A stretch of 62,509 nt of DNA, the filler included, from Pirum gemmata (lineage: Eukaryota): assembly GCA_002812295.1 (NCBI GenBank). It is 30 parts of 30 records of this genome, joined end to end, with 100 filler letters (N's around TTAATTAATTAA, not from the genome) between each part and the next. Parts side by side here need not be neighbours in the genome. Positions count along the whole stretch, not along the records: positions 37,542 to 39,473 come from PDIN01010136.1; positions 39,574 to 41,442 come from PDIN01010137.1; positions 41,543 to 44,537 come from PDIN01010138.1; positions 44,638 to 46,570 come from PDIN01010139.1; positions 46,671 to 48,586 come from PDIN01010140.1; positions 48,687 to 50,601 come from PDIN01010141.1; positions 50,702 to 52,548 come from PDIN01010142.1; 23 more parts are not named here. One strand, 5' to 3'. A model generated the notes under the pieces. The model was not told the DNA's origin and did no database searches. It saw only the letters and a list, made by a program, of their open reading frames with translations. Position 1 is the first letter of the stretch. Each line of letters begins with the position of its first letter. This document shows positions 39,363 to 52,019 of the stretch, piece by piece. The position numbers and the translations under genes are program-made.

Positions 39363-40073
39363 ACTTCTATAACGTAGTTCAAACAATCATTTACTTTTTT
39401 ATTTTTTTATTTTCTTTATATTTTTTTATTTTTTTGTATATTATTGTTTTTTATAATATTTTATTTAGTCTATNNNNNNNNNNNNNNNNNNNNNNNNNNN
39501 NNNNNNNNNNNNNNNNNTTAATTAATTAANNNNNNNNNNNNNNNNNNNNNNNNNNNNNNNNNNNNNNNNNNNNGTTAGGGTTAGGGTTAGGGTTAGGGTT
39601 AGGGGTTAGGGTTAGGGTTGGTATCATAGTTTAAAAAAATCAAAATCAAAATTTTGTGAAAACTACCACATATACAATAAAGAGTACCAAATTTTAATAT
39701 AATATAAATACATTTAAAGTTTAATTTGTTATTATTTTATTATAATATCTATATATTCATTTAAAAATGGCAAATTAAATATTATAACCCACCAAATAAA
39801 AATTCAAAGTAGCAAAATAAATTATTATTGTAAAAAAGCACAATAATCATCATTTCTACCTATAACCCACATGGATGCATGTCCCCAACACACAATCCCA
39901 ACAACACGTTTTGTCATCATTTATTAAAATATACAATAAAGAGTACTAAATTAATATAATATAAATCAAATTAGATATCATAACCCGCCAACTTAATATT
40001 CAAAGTAACAAAATAAATTAAAAGCACAATAATCATTATTTCTACCTAACCCTACTTCCCATGATTATATCTA

Positions 40074-40265
40074 GTGCGTTTCAGTTGTTTTGTCATCGTT
40101 TATTAAAATATACAATAAAGAGTACCAAATCAATATAATATAAATCCATTTATTAAAATTTAATTTATTATTATTTTATTATCTATTTATTCATTTAAAA
40201 ATGCCAAATTAAATATGATATCCTACCAAATAAATATTCAAAGTGACAAAATAAATTAAAAGCAC
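40074..40265 (-). mobile_element. MITE family A copy ~14 bp downstream of a stop codon
   Basis: Both TIRs present. Confidence 0.85.
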
Positions 40266-40279
40266 ACTAATCATTATTT

Positions 40280-40825
40280 CTACCTAACCCACATGGATGC
40301 ATGTCCCCACCGCACAATCCCGTTAATATAAATACCCAACAATACACCTTGGCAAAGCATAGAGAACCGGTTCTTAAACAAGGTTAACGGCCATAACGCA
40401 ATACCTAAAAAGTAGTGATGGATATGCAAATTCAATTCAAAAGGAGCTTGCTGAAAAGCCAAGGTCAATAAACCTAGGAAAGTAAAAAACAAGGTATAAA
40501 AGACTAAATATACAATTACACGACCGTGACAGTAAATTTTGTAAAGACTAAATAACAAAAATACCAAGGCAAATACGATTATACAAGTGAGCATGGCAAT
40601 ATCTGAAGGAGAGGTGAAGTTGTTCTCTTTTTTACTATCTGATAATGATATTTCAGTTACATTGACATACTCTGTTGCGTTCATGTGCAAAAGAATCGAA
40701 GCAGGTAAAATATAAAAAAAGATAATATCAAACATAAAGTTTTTGGTTTTTCTTTTGTTTGTAAAATTGTTATTAGCGCTACTGATATTGGTATTATCAT
40801 TGTCCATATTATTATTATTATTATA

Positions 40826-40866
<41 letters not shown>

Positions 40867-41398
40867 CACTATAGTGATCAGCCAAATCTTGTTGATTCGT
40901 TTGTAAAACTACATTTTTTTCCAAATCTGAATTCCAGGTAAGTTCTGTTTCTCTTTCTGTTTCTCTTTCTGTTTCTGTTTCTGTTGTCATTTTCATAGGT
41001 GGCAATGTAAAATGAATACTAAAGTTATGTAAAGCCCAACTTATTAGAACACATGGAAGTAAACTCTGTAATCTGAATTCAATATATCGCCAATCACCAT
41101 TTGTGTTTTGACATAAAGCAACATAAAAAAAAGCAAATACTACATACGTGGTCAGGAAAATGAAATAACCAAGGTTGTAGCGATGGTAATAAGCAAGATT
41201 ATCAGATGTAATAATCATAGTTAACCCAAACATTAACATAATGATGATTACAATTATAAAATAGCCTAGGGTTATGTCATATTCTGTTGTGTTTGGTTTT
41301 TGTAATGTGAAGCTATCACAATAATTATATTTATTACATTTCGGAACAAAAACAAACACAGTTTGCCAATAAGAAATTAACCCTGAAATATTTAACAA
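40280..41398 (-). CDS. Multi-pass membrane protein with HIHHY motif (start uncertain)
   Basis: 372-aa ORF with many hydrophobic segments. The C-terminus LHIHHYFLG...CQGVLLGIYINGIVRWG resembles, from recall, the membrane C-terminus of fungal LCCL-domain proteins. Confidence 0.8.
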
Positions 41399-41408
41399 AA
41401 ATAAGAAA

Positions 41409-41442
<34 letters not shown>

Positions 41443-42289
41443 NNNNNNNNNNNNNNNNNNNNNNNNNNNNNNNNNNNNNNNNNNNNTTAATTAATTAANN
41501 NNNNNNNNNNNNNNNNNNNNNNNNNNNNNNNNNNNNNNNNNNATAATATATTATTAATATATATTATAATAGTCCTTTTTTAAAAAACTATCATATGCTT
41601 ATATATTATAATGATAATATACCTATCATTAATGATCTATACGTTCGTTTTAATTTTTTTTATGATATTTGTTTATTTATTTACCAAGCCGGATAAAATG
41701 ACGACATCTGCAATATGAGCTCAAAAATCCAAAAATCTCAAAATGATCCAATTTTAAGAAAAGTACTACCAAATTTGAGAAATAGTCTAAGTACGAAAAC
41801 TCTATTATGAAAGAATCGCTAGTTTTTAAAAATAATTTGGCTAGTCATAGCATTTAAAAAACAAGTCTTAAAAAAAAAATGATTTCTACAGTTTTACTTG
41901 GCTTGGGAAAAAAAAAAAAAAAATGGAAAAGTTATCTTTTTCTTTTTGCCAATTTTTGCAAAAAAGGCAAGACTTGTGTGATACCGAAAACCTGTTTTGA
42001 AGACTTTTTGAAGTATCAATATAATCGATCATATATCAGATATAGACACTTTAATAATTTTAAATTTTTTTAGCAATGATTTAGACATATACAAAGTGGA
42101 CGAAAAGAATTATACATATGAATGATTGCATACATGGTTGTACATAATATTGTGCATGTAGCATGTAAAGAAATATGTTGAATATATATGTTAATGTTAG
42201 TGTTGTTATATGTGATAATAAGGAAATAATGAATAATGCATATGAGACGATCATGAAGGGATACTACTATATATCATTATATAACAAAA

Positions 42290-42870
42290 CAATGAAATAC
42301 ATTACAACACACTACAATATTATTAACAACATAACACAACTCCACAGTACACAGCACAATTCAGCACAACACAACACAGCACAAAATACTGGGGTACGTA
42401 CCATTAATACAACATTATATGTATAAGGTAATGAAATACAATAAATACACTACACTATCAATACGATACAATATACAATCCAAAGTATTAATACTACAAT
42501 AACATAATAAAAACAACATAATACACTACCAGCACTAAAATAACAAAACAATATATAATAACAGTATTTTAATCCAATACAAATACAATACAATACCAAT
42601 ACAATACCAAACTTATACCAACGCGATATGATAGCATATGATACTCTGTAATGCAACACAATAAAAAAACGAAACAGATGCACTGCAATACATTACAAAA
42701 AAAAACAATAAAATACATTATAAATACAAATACAATACGATACTCCACAATACAACACAATACAATACAATACAATACAATACAATACAATACAATACAA
42801 TACAATACAATGCAATACCGAAACACTGCAACACACTTCCATAACAAAACAATACAATACAATGCAATAC
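42290..42870. repeat. Degenerate (CAATA)n pentamer satellite
   Basis: Pure core at ~42757-42810 with degenerate flanks. Confidence 0.85.
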
Positions 42871-44187
42871 TTAGCTGCTTTTAAAATAGCATAAAAAAAA
42901 AAAACTCAATTTATAACTATAACAAATGAAAAGCAAGAACTATACCTCTCAAAAAAGTATATTTTAAAAAAAAAATTATTTTTAAAAATATTACCTTTTT
43001 CTATTGGTTTTGGGATTGGATCTTTCATATATAGTAAAATTGCACTATTTAAAAATTACATCATTCGGTAACTTTTCGATGCTAACCTATTTTTTAAAAA
43101 ACTCTAACCATATAAAGCTGTATAGTAACTCTGGAGTCTCTAGTTTTCCACCTGTAATAAGCTGTTTTCCACGACTTTTCCCTCCTTAGCGAGTTTTCCC
43201 TATCTGAATTTTTTTTTCTATTTTTAGCTATTTTTTGGCTGTATTTTTTGAGTATTTTTTCGCTAGTATTTTTTCGGGTTTTTTTTCATTTTGGTGTATT
43301 ACTAAGCTACTCAGCTAGCTACTAGCTAGCTAGTACTAAGTAGCTTAGTAGTCTATTCTGTACTGGATTCTACCCTCACTTCATGTTTTTTCATTTGAGA
43401 AGTATTTGAGACCAAAAAAAGTGATGACGTCACAAAAAAAAGTAGTCTTTTTTTTTCTACTTTTTTTTTTTTGTTNNNNNNNNNNNNNNNNNNNNNNNNN
43501 NNNNNNNNNNNNNNNNNTGTTGTTGTTGTTGTTGTTGCTGCCGTTGTTGTTGTTCCCCTTTCTGCAGTTGTTGTTGTTATTGTTACTAGTGGTGGTGGTG
43601 GTGGTGTTGTTGTTGTGGGTGATAATTATTAATTGTTTAAAATTTTGTGTATGATGTTATTATATAATAATATATTATATAATAATATATTATATATAAT
43701 ATTGATGACACTAATATTGATATTGTATTAATAATATTATATAATATTATATCATATAATGCATTTATATATAGTATATACATTATATATTATAGTAATT
43801 ACTGTTATACAGTTAACGTTATTATTATTAATCACATGAATATTGTTGCAATTGTTATTCTATAATAATGCCAATAAAAAAACAGTTGATATATATTTTA
43901 ATACTCGTAAGTGTCGTTTATTTATGGTTAATATGATACGTATCAGATACGACTTGAATATCTATTATCTGTCATCTAGTTTACAAATTGATATTATTAG
44001 CCATATATAAATCATTCCGCTGATCATATTATGATAACTTTATGATATATCTGTCTATTATTTATAAATAATTATTTTATCATTATCATTATTATTATGC
44101 ATATAATAAATTTTTATTACATGAGACTACATAGTCAGCTAGCTAGCTACTCTAGTAGGTCTACAGCAGGTGGTCGTGATTATTACA

Positions 44188-44366
44188 GTGCTTTTCATTT
44201 ATTTTGTCACTCCGAATATTTATTGGTTGGTTATAATTTTTTAATTGACATTGTTTTAAATGAATAAATGGATAATAAAATATACCAAATTAAATGTAAT
44301 GGATTTGTATTGTATTGATTTGGTACCCTTTATTATATATTTTATGATAACAAAACTTAAAAGCAC
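44188..44366 (+). mobile_element. MITE family A copy
   Basis: GTGCTTTTCATTTATTTTGTCAC ... AAAAGCAC. Confidence 0.85.
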
Positions 44367-44779
44367 GATATCGTGGTATTTAAAGTATTGTATTAAAAAT
44401 CAAGGACATATGGTATGTATAAATAGATACTATGAATATATTATAGTAAAATAGGTAAAATAGTCTTTTTTAATTAAAAAAAACTAAATGTAGTAAAATA
44501 ATTATTTTATAAATATATTTTTTTTTTTTTTTTTTTTNNNNNNNNNNNNNNNNNNNNNNNNNNNNNNNNNNNNNNNNNNNNTTAATTAATTAANNNNNNN
44601 NNNNNNNNNNNNNNNNNNNNNNNNNNNNNNNNNNNNNTTATTATTATTATTATTATTATTATTCAAATTTAAAAGTTGTTAAGAAAGATAAGGCAATAGA
44701 AATAATAAGGTTAGTAGTATTAACGATAATAATCACTTATATCTGAATTTAAATAAAACACAACAAAACTCGATGTGGG

Positions 44780-46560
44780 AAAACAAACCCCATTTGGGTT
44801 TAAAGGCAATCAATTTTGTTAATTTTTACCTTAAATCAATCAAGACAAGGCACGATTAACGTTTAAACTAAACACCATAAAGCCACATTTGAGAGAAAAC
44901 ACAAAGCCTGATTTTGGGTTTAAATAACATCAATTTTGCTAATTTTTTCAAGACAAAGCCCGATTAAGGTTTAAGCTAGGTACTGTAAAGCCACATTTGA
45001 GAGAAAAACAAAGCCTGATTTTTGGTTTAAACGACATCAATTTTGCTAATTTTTTCTTTAAAAATAAATCAAGACAAAGCCCGTTTTGGGTTTAAATACA
45101 ATCAATTTCACTTTATATGAAGCAGAGAGAAATTCAAATTTTGCCTTAAATCAATCAAGACCAAGCCCGAATCAAATTTTGCCTTAAATCATTCAAGACC
45201 AAACCCGAGTTGGGTTTGAATGAAATCAATCACACTTTATATGGAGCAGAGAAAAATTCAATTTTGCCTTAAATCAATCAAGACCAAACCCGATTTGGGT
45301 TTAAATAAAATCAATTAAACTACCTGTAATATGGAGTAGAGAGGAATTCAAATTTTGCCTTAAATCAATCAAGACCAAGTCCAATTTGGGTATACATAAC
45401 ATTAGTTACACTTTACGGAGCAGAGAGAATTCAAATTTTGTCAATTTGAGTTTAAATAAAATCAATTTCACTTTATGTGAAGCAGAGAGAAATTCTAATT
45501 TTGCCTTAAATCCCGATTTGGGTTTAAATAAAATCAATCACACTTTATATGGTGCAGAGAGAAATTCAAATTTTGCCTTAAATCAATCAAGACCAAATCC
45601 GAATTAGGTTTAAATGAAATCAATTACACTTTATATGGAGCAGAGAGAAATTCAAATTTGGCCTTAAATCAATCAAGACCAAGCCCAATTAGGTTTAAAT
45701 GAAATCAATTCCACTTTATATGGAGCAGAAAGAAATTCAAATTTGGCCTTAAATCAATCAAGACCAAGCCCGATTTGGCATAAAATCAATCACACTTTAT
45801 ATGGAGCAGAGAGAATTCAAACTTGGCCTTAAATCAATCAAGACCAAGTCCGAATTGGGTTTTAATGAAATCAATTACACTTTATATGGAGCTGAGAGAA
45901 ATTTAAATTTTGCCTGAAATCAATCAAGACCAAGCCCGATTTTGGTTTAAATAAAATCAATCACACTTTATATGGAGCAGAGAGAAATTCAAATTTTGCC
46001 TTAAATCAATCAAGACCAAGTCCGAATTGGGTTTTAATGAAATCAATTACACTTTATATGGAGCTGAGAGAAATTTAAATTTTGCCTTAAATCAATCAAG
46101 ACCAAGCCCGATTTGGGTTTAAATAAAATCAATCACACTTTATATGGAGCAGAGAGAAATTCAAATTTTGCCTTAAATCAATCAAGACCAAACCCGTTTT
46201 GGGCTTAAANAAGACCAAGCCCGATTTGGGTTTAAATAAAATCAATCACACTTTATATGGAGCAGAGAGAAATTCAAATTTTGCCTTAAATCAATCAAGA
46301 CCAAACCCGTTTTGGGCTTAAATGAAAACAATTACACTTTATATGGAGCAGAGAGAAATTCAAAATTTGCCTTAAATCAATCAAGACCAAGCCCGATTTG
46401 GGTTCAAATAAAATCAATCACACTTTATATGGAGCAGAGAGAAATTTAAATATTGCCTTACCCAAGACAAAGCTCGATTTGCGGTTTAATAAAACCAACT
46501 TTGTCATAAATGGAAAGAGCAAGAACAAATTTGGCCTTACTTTTTTTAAAAGTACCTTAA
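44780..46560. repeat. ~86-bp satellite with an alternating A/B (~172-bp) higher-order pattern
   Basis: Unit TTAAATAAAATCAATCACACTTTATATGGAGCAGAGAGAAATTCAAATTTTGCCTTAAATCAATCAAGACCAAGCCCGATTTGGGT; variant GTCCGAATTGGG at 45848 and 46020. Confidence 0.95.
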
Positions 46561-47411
46561 TATGGAGAGGNNNNNNNNNNNNNNNNNNNNNNNNNNNNNN
46601 NNNNNNNNNNNNNNTTAATTAATTAANNNNNNNNNNNNNNNNNNNNNNNNNNNNNNNNNNNNNNNNNNNNTTATTTATTATTATTAATATTAAATAATAA
46701 CCATCAATCATTTTCCTATCTCGTTATATAATTATTATCATCACTAATTATTATTATTATTACTATTATTATTACCATATATCATTATTTATATTATTAT
46801 TGTTGTTGTTGTTGTTGTTGTTTTATCATTATTATTATTTTATTATTGTTAATGCTAAATAGTAATCATCAATCTCCTTACTACCTCGCTATATTAACCC
46901 TAACCCTAACCCTAACCCTAACCCTAACCCTAACCCTAACCCTAACCCTAACTCTAAACCTAGCCCTAAACCTAAATCTAAACCTAAAGCTAAACCTATT
47001 GTCATCATCACTAATTGTTATTATTATTATTACTAGATTAAATACAAGAAGCTAATAATAGGGAAGTTTAATTTGAAGATTAAACTTTTGAAATTACTTT
47101 ATTTGAGCCAAAATATTGTATGTTCGCAAAGTAACTCGAAAAGTATTAATTGTATTTGGTTTTTCGATTGTCAAATTATAAACTAAGAGTACCAAATTAT
47201 CATATTAAATTAGTTAATGGATACAATTTGAGTAATTTGCTATTTTTTATTAATTATATTTGGCCGCATTTAAAACACAATTATTAATTTCAAATTACCA
47301 AATTAAAATCGAAGGAAATACTTGGCCTTGTTTACATCTGGAGACTGCAAACATTTATGTAAAGACAATAAAATGTAATCTAAGAGGATGTAAATAGGGC
47401 CTTTAAGTATA

Positions 47412-47626
47412 AGGCTAGCACGGATGACGTCATAATAAATATATTTTTTCTAACCTCACTTCAATTAGGAGGTTAGGGTTAGGGTTACGGTTAGGGTTAG
47501 GGTTAAGAGTTAGGGTTAGGGTTAGGGTTAGGGTTAAAGGTTAGGGTTAGGGTGGTTTGAGGTTATGGTTTGCATCAGGGTTACAACAAATAAAACATAT
47601 TATTATGACGTCATCTATGCTAGCTG
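47412..47626. mobile_element. TIR element (MITE) carrying an internal TTAGGG array
   Basis: TIRs GCTAGCACGGATGACGTCATAATAA and TTATTATGACGTCATCTATGCTAGC enclose TTAGGG repeats at 47471-47583; the same left end occurs at 36399. Confidence 0.8.
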
Positions 47627-47649
47627 TATTCTTGTCTTTAATTAACTTG

Positions 47650-48540
47650 TATAGGGAAAAACTCAATATCGAAATAAATGAGGATTATAGACCTGAACAT
47701 ACCAAATTATTATTATAGTAAAACTATTTGACATGTTTTAATTAATTTGGTATGTTATAGTTATTGTTGTATTTTTATAATCAAGTTCAATTATACACTA
47801 AAGCAGTACCAAATTTAAGATGAAAAAGCTCATTTAGCTCGATTTTTTTTTTGATCGGTAATTAATTCGTATAGGGAAATTTTAATTTATTCAAACTCGA
47901 AATAGATGGGGCTTATAGACCTAAACATACCAAATTATTATTATAGTAAAACTATCTGGCATTTTTATTTAATTTGGTATTTTACAGTAAATGTTGTGTT
48001 TTCATAACTAAGTTCCATTATACAATAAAACAGCACCAAATTTAAGATGGAAAAGCTCATTTAGCTCGATTCTTTTTGATCGAAATAGATGGGGATTATA
48101 GACCTATAGTAAAACTATCGCTTATCGAAATAGACAAGGAATATAGACTTAAACATACCAATTTATTATTATAGTAAAACTATCTGACATGTTTTAATTA
48201 ATTTGGTATTTTATAAGTATTATTGTATTTTTATAAACAACTTCAATTATACACTAAAACAGTACTAATTTTAAGATGGCAAAGCTCATTTGCTCATTTA
48301 GCTCGAATTTTTTTGATCGGTAATTAATTTCTATAGGGAAAATTTAACTCGATTATCGAAATAGACGGGAATTATATACCTAAACTTACCAAGTTGTTAT
48401 TATAGTAAAACTATCTGACATGTTTTAATTAATTGGGTATTTTATAATTAATGTTTTATTTTTATAAACAACTTCAATTATACTCTAAAACAGTACTAAA
48501 TTTAAGATGGAAAAGCTCTTTTAGCTCGAATTTTTGTATG
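47650..48540. repeat. Tandem array (~230-bp period) built from dispersed repeat family D
   Basis: AAAGCTCATTTAGCTCGA-like marker near 47825, 48052, 48282 and 48512. Confidence 0.85.
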
Positions 48541-48686
48541 CAATAATAGATACATTATTAATATTATTGTTATTATTAAAATTATTNNNNNNNNNNNNNN
48601 NNNNNNNNNNNNNNNNNNNNNNNNNNNNNNTTAATTAATTAANNNNNNNNNNNNNNNNNNNNNNNNNNNNNNNNNNNNNNNNNNNN

Positions 48687-48755
48687 AACAGCAGGGACTC
48701 GAACCCCGGTCATTTGAATGGAAATCAAATATGCTAACCCCTACACCACTGTTGT
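48687..48755 (-). tRNA. tRNA-Gly(TCC), last ~3 nt cut by the scaffold edge
   Basis: Cloverleaf: acceptor ACAACAG/CTGTT.., D-stem GTGT/GCAT, anticodon stem TTTGA/TCAAA with loop TT-TCC-AT, T-arm CGGGG-TTCGAGT-CCCTG. Confidence 0.9.
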
Positions 48756-48885
48756 TGTGATGTTAATAATAATTTTAATAATATTAAAAAAGTTTTTTTA
48801 AAATATGTACCCACGTGACTTTTTTAACAAATTTGATTGGTTTTAAATCTTGTTGCAAGAGTCGCAATCTACTAGTCTATAGCTA

Positions 48886-49107
48886 CAGTAGGGGTGAGAA
48901 CTTTTTTCGAACAGATGCTTATCGAGCCGACCTTAGTTCCGTGTTCTTTACTAATAATAGTAGTTAAATAGCGTACAATAGTATATCTAATTATAGTAGA
49001 TACCAATTAAAGTAATAATATTAACATTAATAGTAATGAACCCATAAATCGGAAAAGTTCCAGCAGCTGTTCGGTAATAATAAAATGACGTAATCTCACC
49101 CCCACTA
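48886..49107 (-). mobile_element. MITE family B copy
   Basis: TA-CAGTAGGGGTGAGA ... TCTCACCCCCACTA-TA. Confidence 0.85.
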
Positions 49108-49429
49108 TAAGCTACTCGCTTTTTTTCTTTTTTTTTATGATTACTTTTAGTTGCGTTTTCAGTCTCCTTCTCTTACTTCATCTCGGAAGAGGTTCACAAT
49201 TTCACACATTCCGGCCTGAGTATTGATAATTCCACCATGTTCTAAGACCATGGTTTCACTATGGTTTCAGTATGGTTTCCCTGGCTAGCCTAAGTCTAGC
49301 CTGGCTGTTTCCCTCCTGAGTATGTTGGCTTTTTTGCCATATTTTTGGTGTGGACTCTGGACTTTTATTACATATTACGTTCATGCCTTAGTTTAAAAGA
49401 GGGAAAATGGCGAAAACCTCATATGATAT

Positions 49430-49500
49430 CTTGCAACCTACAGATTCGAACCCCAGTCATTCAAACTGCTTGATAGTCAACTCAGCCATTCTGCCACTCT
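49430..49500 (-). pseudogene. Degenerate tRNA-derived element
   Basis: Minus strand has an A-box (TGGCAGAATGG) and a B-box (GGTTCGAATC) at tRNA spacing, but the stems are broken. Confidence 0.55.
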
Positions 49501-49559
49501 CTATTTGAGACTTAGTCTGACTCTATCTACTCTCTAGCCTAGTCTAGCTACTAATAGTA

Positions 49560-49737
49560 GGGGCTGCAAAGTGGCGCATTGGTTATTTTAACAACCTCCC
49601 TGACCAAGACGAAGACCGTCTATATAAATCCAACGTAGATAATAGTAGCTGGCATGGGGGCTGCAAAGTGGCGCAGTGGTTATTTGGTTATTAACAACCT
49701 CCCTGACCAAGACGAAGACCGTCTATATAAATCCAAC
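49560..49737 (+). repeat. Two ~78-bp direct repeats with a Pol III A-box-like head
   Basis: GGGGCTGCAAAGTGGCGCA(G/T)TGGTTA...CCTCCCTGACCAAGACGAAGACCGTCTATATAAATCCAAC occurs twice. Confidence 0.85.
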
Positions 49738-50569
49738 ATAAGAGTACTAACTAGTCCATAAAATCGTTGTCCCAATAACAATCAGTCGAGGGCTTCCAAT
49801 AATTTATAATTTCCCCGCCTGTGAATCAAAAAAAAAAGCTAGTAGCTATCGATACTCTATCGATCTGTCAATTTTAAATTTTGGTGGTGTCCAGTGCACT
49901 GCCAGTGCCCTATAATTAATAATAATATTTATTTATTTATAAATATTATAATAAAACGCATTTTCTAGCTAGCTTTTCGGACAGTATACTTCCAAGTTTA
50001 ATATATATATAATCGTATCAGATATCCAGATATATAATAATATTATATGAAATACAAATTATACAATACCGGTACCCTCAACATTCTTGGGCAGCCAATA
50101 TCACGTGATAACTTTTTTCAGTGCATAACCATTTTTTTGTTTTATGATACAATAATAATTATTTTAAAAAATACAATAAAAATTATTTTTTAATTTGGTC
50201 TGAAGGCTCTGTACCAGGAAAAAAGTTGGTGTCTTTGATTATTATAATCGATAACTATGATCTACAGCTAGTGGTAGTAGTTAGCTATAGGCCCTTTGAA
50301 TATTATTTAACACCTACTTCACTATTATTAATTACATTATTTCTTTCTTCTACTCTTATTGATTGGATTTGCCATCACTCTTGTTTTGAATTTTCATCAA
50401 AATACATTTTTGACTTCTGCTGTTCTTAACTTATTCTTACTCTTAATTTATTAGCTTTTTGTGCCCTTTATTTGCGAACTTTAAATATTTCCATTTTTCT
50501 TCAATTGTTAACGTTATTGATTTTGCTATACATTTATACTTCTCAATTTTATATTTCATCAACATTTTG

Positions 50570-50601
<32 letters not shown>

Positions 50602-50701
50602 NNNNNNNNNNNNNNNNNNNNNNNNNNNNNNNNNNNNNNNNNNNNTTAATTAATTAANNNNNNNNNNNNNNNNNNNNNNNNNNNNNNNNNNNNNNNNNNN
50701 N

Positions 50702-51116
50702 TTTAACGTTGATGTTTAGAAACATTTGGCGTTTTGGACAAAATCGAACTGTACCGTCATTTTGAATAACCGGATTTCTGTAAATAGTACCATTTTTAGA
50801 TACAGGATTTTTTTAAACGCGTTTATTTTATAATTTTTGCTGTCGTCAAAATCATTAGAACATTTATTTTTTCTTTGTACGCCAGAATAAACTTCATAGT
50901 GAGAAATGTACGTAGATTCTACACAGTTCCAATCATATTGAGATGCAGGAACTAAAGTAAAAGGATTATTTGAACAAATAGCATGAATTTGTAAATCAAC
51001 ACCAGGATAATTATTTGTTTGACATGCGCTTATAGGAAGAAGGTTATCTTGTTGGTCATAACCACAACTACTTAATGATGAAAAAGTATCAAAACGAACG
51101 TCATTGTTAAGAAAAA
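50702..51116 (-). CDS. Exon of a Cys-containing unknown protein (not in the ORF track); possible frameshift at an A7 run near 50810
   Basis: Open frame FLNNDVRFDTFSSLSSCGYDQQDNLLPISACQTNNYPGVDLQIHAICSNNPF... for over 100 codons after an AG. Confidence 0.55.
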
Positions 51117-52019
51117 CTTATCAATGAACAAACAATAAATCAATATTAGTACCATATTTTGTAAATGTAACTTCACATATCATAAAACAAAATTTCGGTT
51201 CTTTTTAATTAACAAATTAAAAATCTACTTTCATATTTATATCAATGAATATTATAAAACCAATTCTTATTAATAATATTTATTAAATAATGAATTTTTC
51301 AATCAACAAATTAGAATTTCATATAATTGCCTATATCAATAAATAATACAAAACATATACACAACTTATTTATAATATAAAACCACATCTTATTTATAAT
51401 ATAAAACCACATCTTATTTATTAAGTCAATGAATTTTTAATCAACAAATTAAAATTCCACATAACTATCTATATTAATAAATAATATAAAATAAATCTTG
51501 TTATTACTTGATATTAACTGACTTTTTTAGCAATAATCGATATATATTTATCAAATATATAACAACTAATACTAATACTAGTACTAATATTAATACTAAT
51601 ACTAATAGTAATAGTAATACTTATACCAATACTAATGCTAATACTAATACTGATACTATATCAATACTAATACCAATACCAACACCGATACCAATACCAA
51701 TACCAATACCAATACTAATACCAATACTAATACCAATACTAATACTAATACTTATACCAATACTAATACTAATACTTATACACTAATACAATATTACACT
51801 AATACACTAATACACTAATATACTTATATACTAATACACTAATACACTAATACAAATACAAATGCTAATACTAATACACTAATCACTAATAATTATCCTA
51901 ATATAAATGCTAATAATACCAATACCAATACTAGTACTAATACTAAATAATACTAAAACTAAAACTGGTGTGAACAATGGTAATATGCAAAACAACAGCT
52001 AAAACAACCCTATTTTTAG

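Noticed and set aside
44780..46560. CRISPR-like array
   Set aside because: Units are contiguous with no unique spacers, there are no cas genes, and the context is eukaryotic. The same applies to 19137-19497 and 36465-37070.
31651..52002. Stop-codon reassignment or selenocysteine suggested by in-frame TGA (31651) and TAA (52000)
   Set aside because: Conserved genes end normally (SPFH with TAA, PABPN1 with TGA) and have no internal stops; no SECIS was seen. C-to-T decay or intron sequence explains both.
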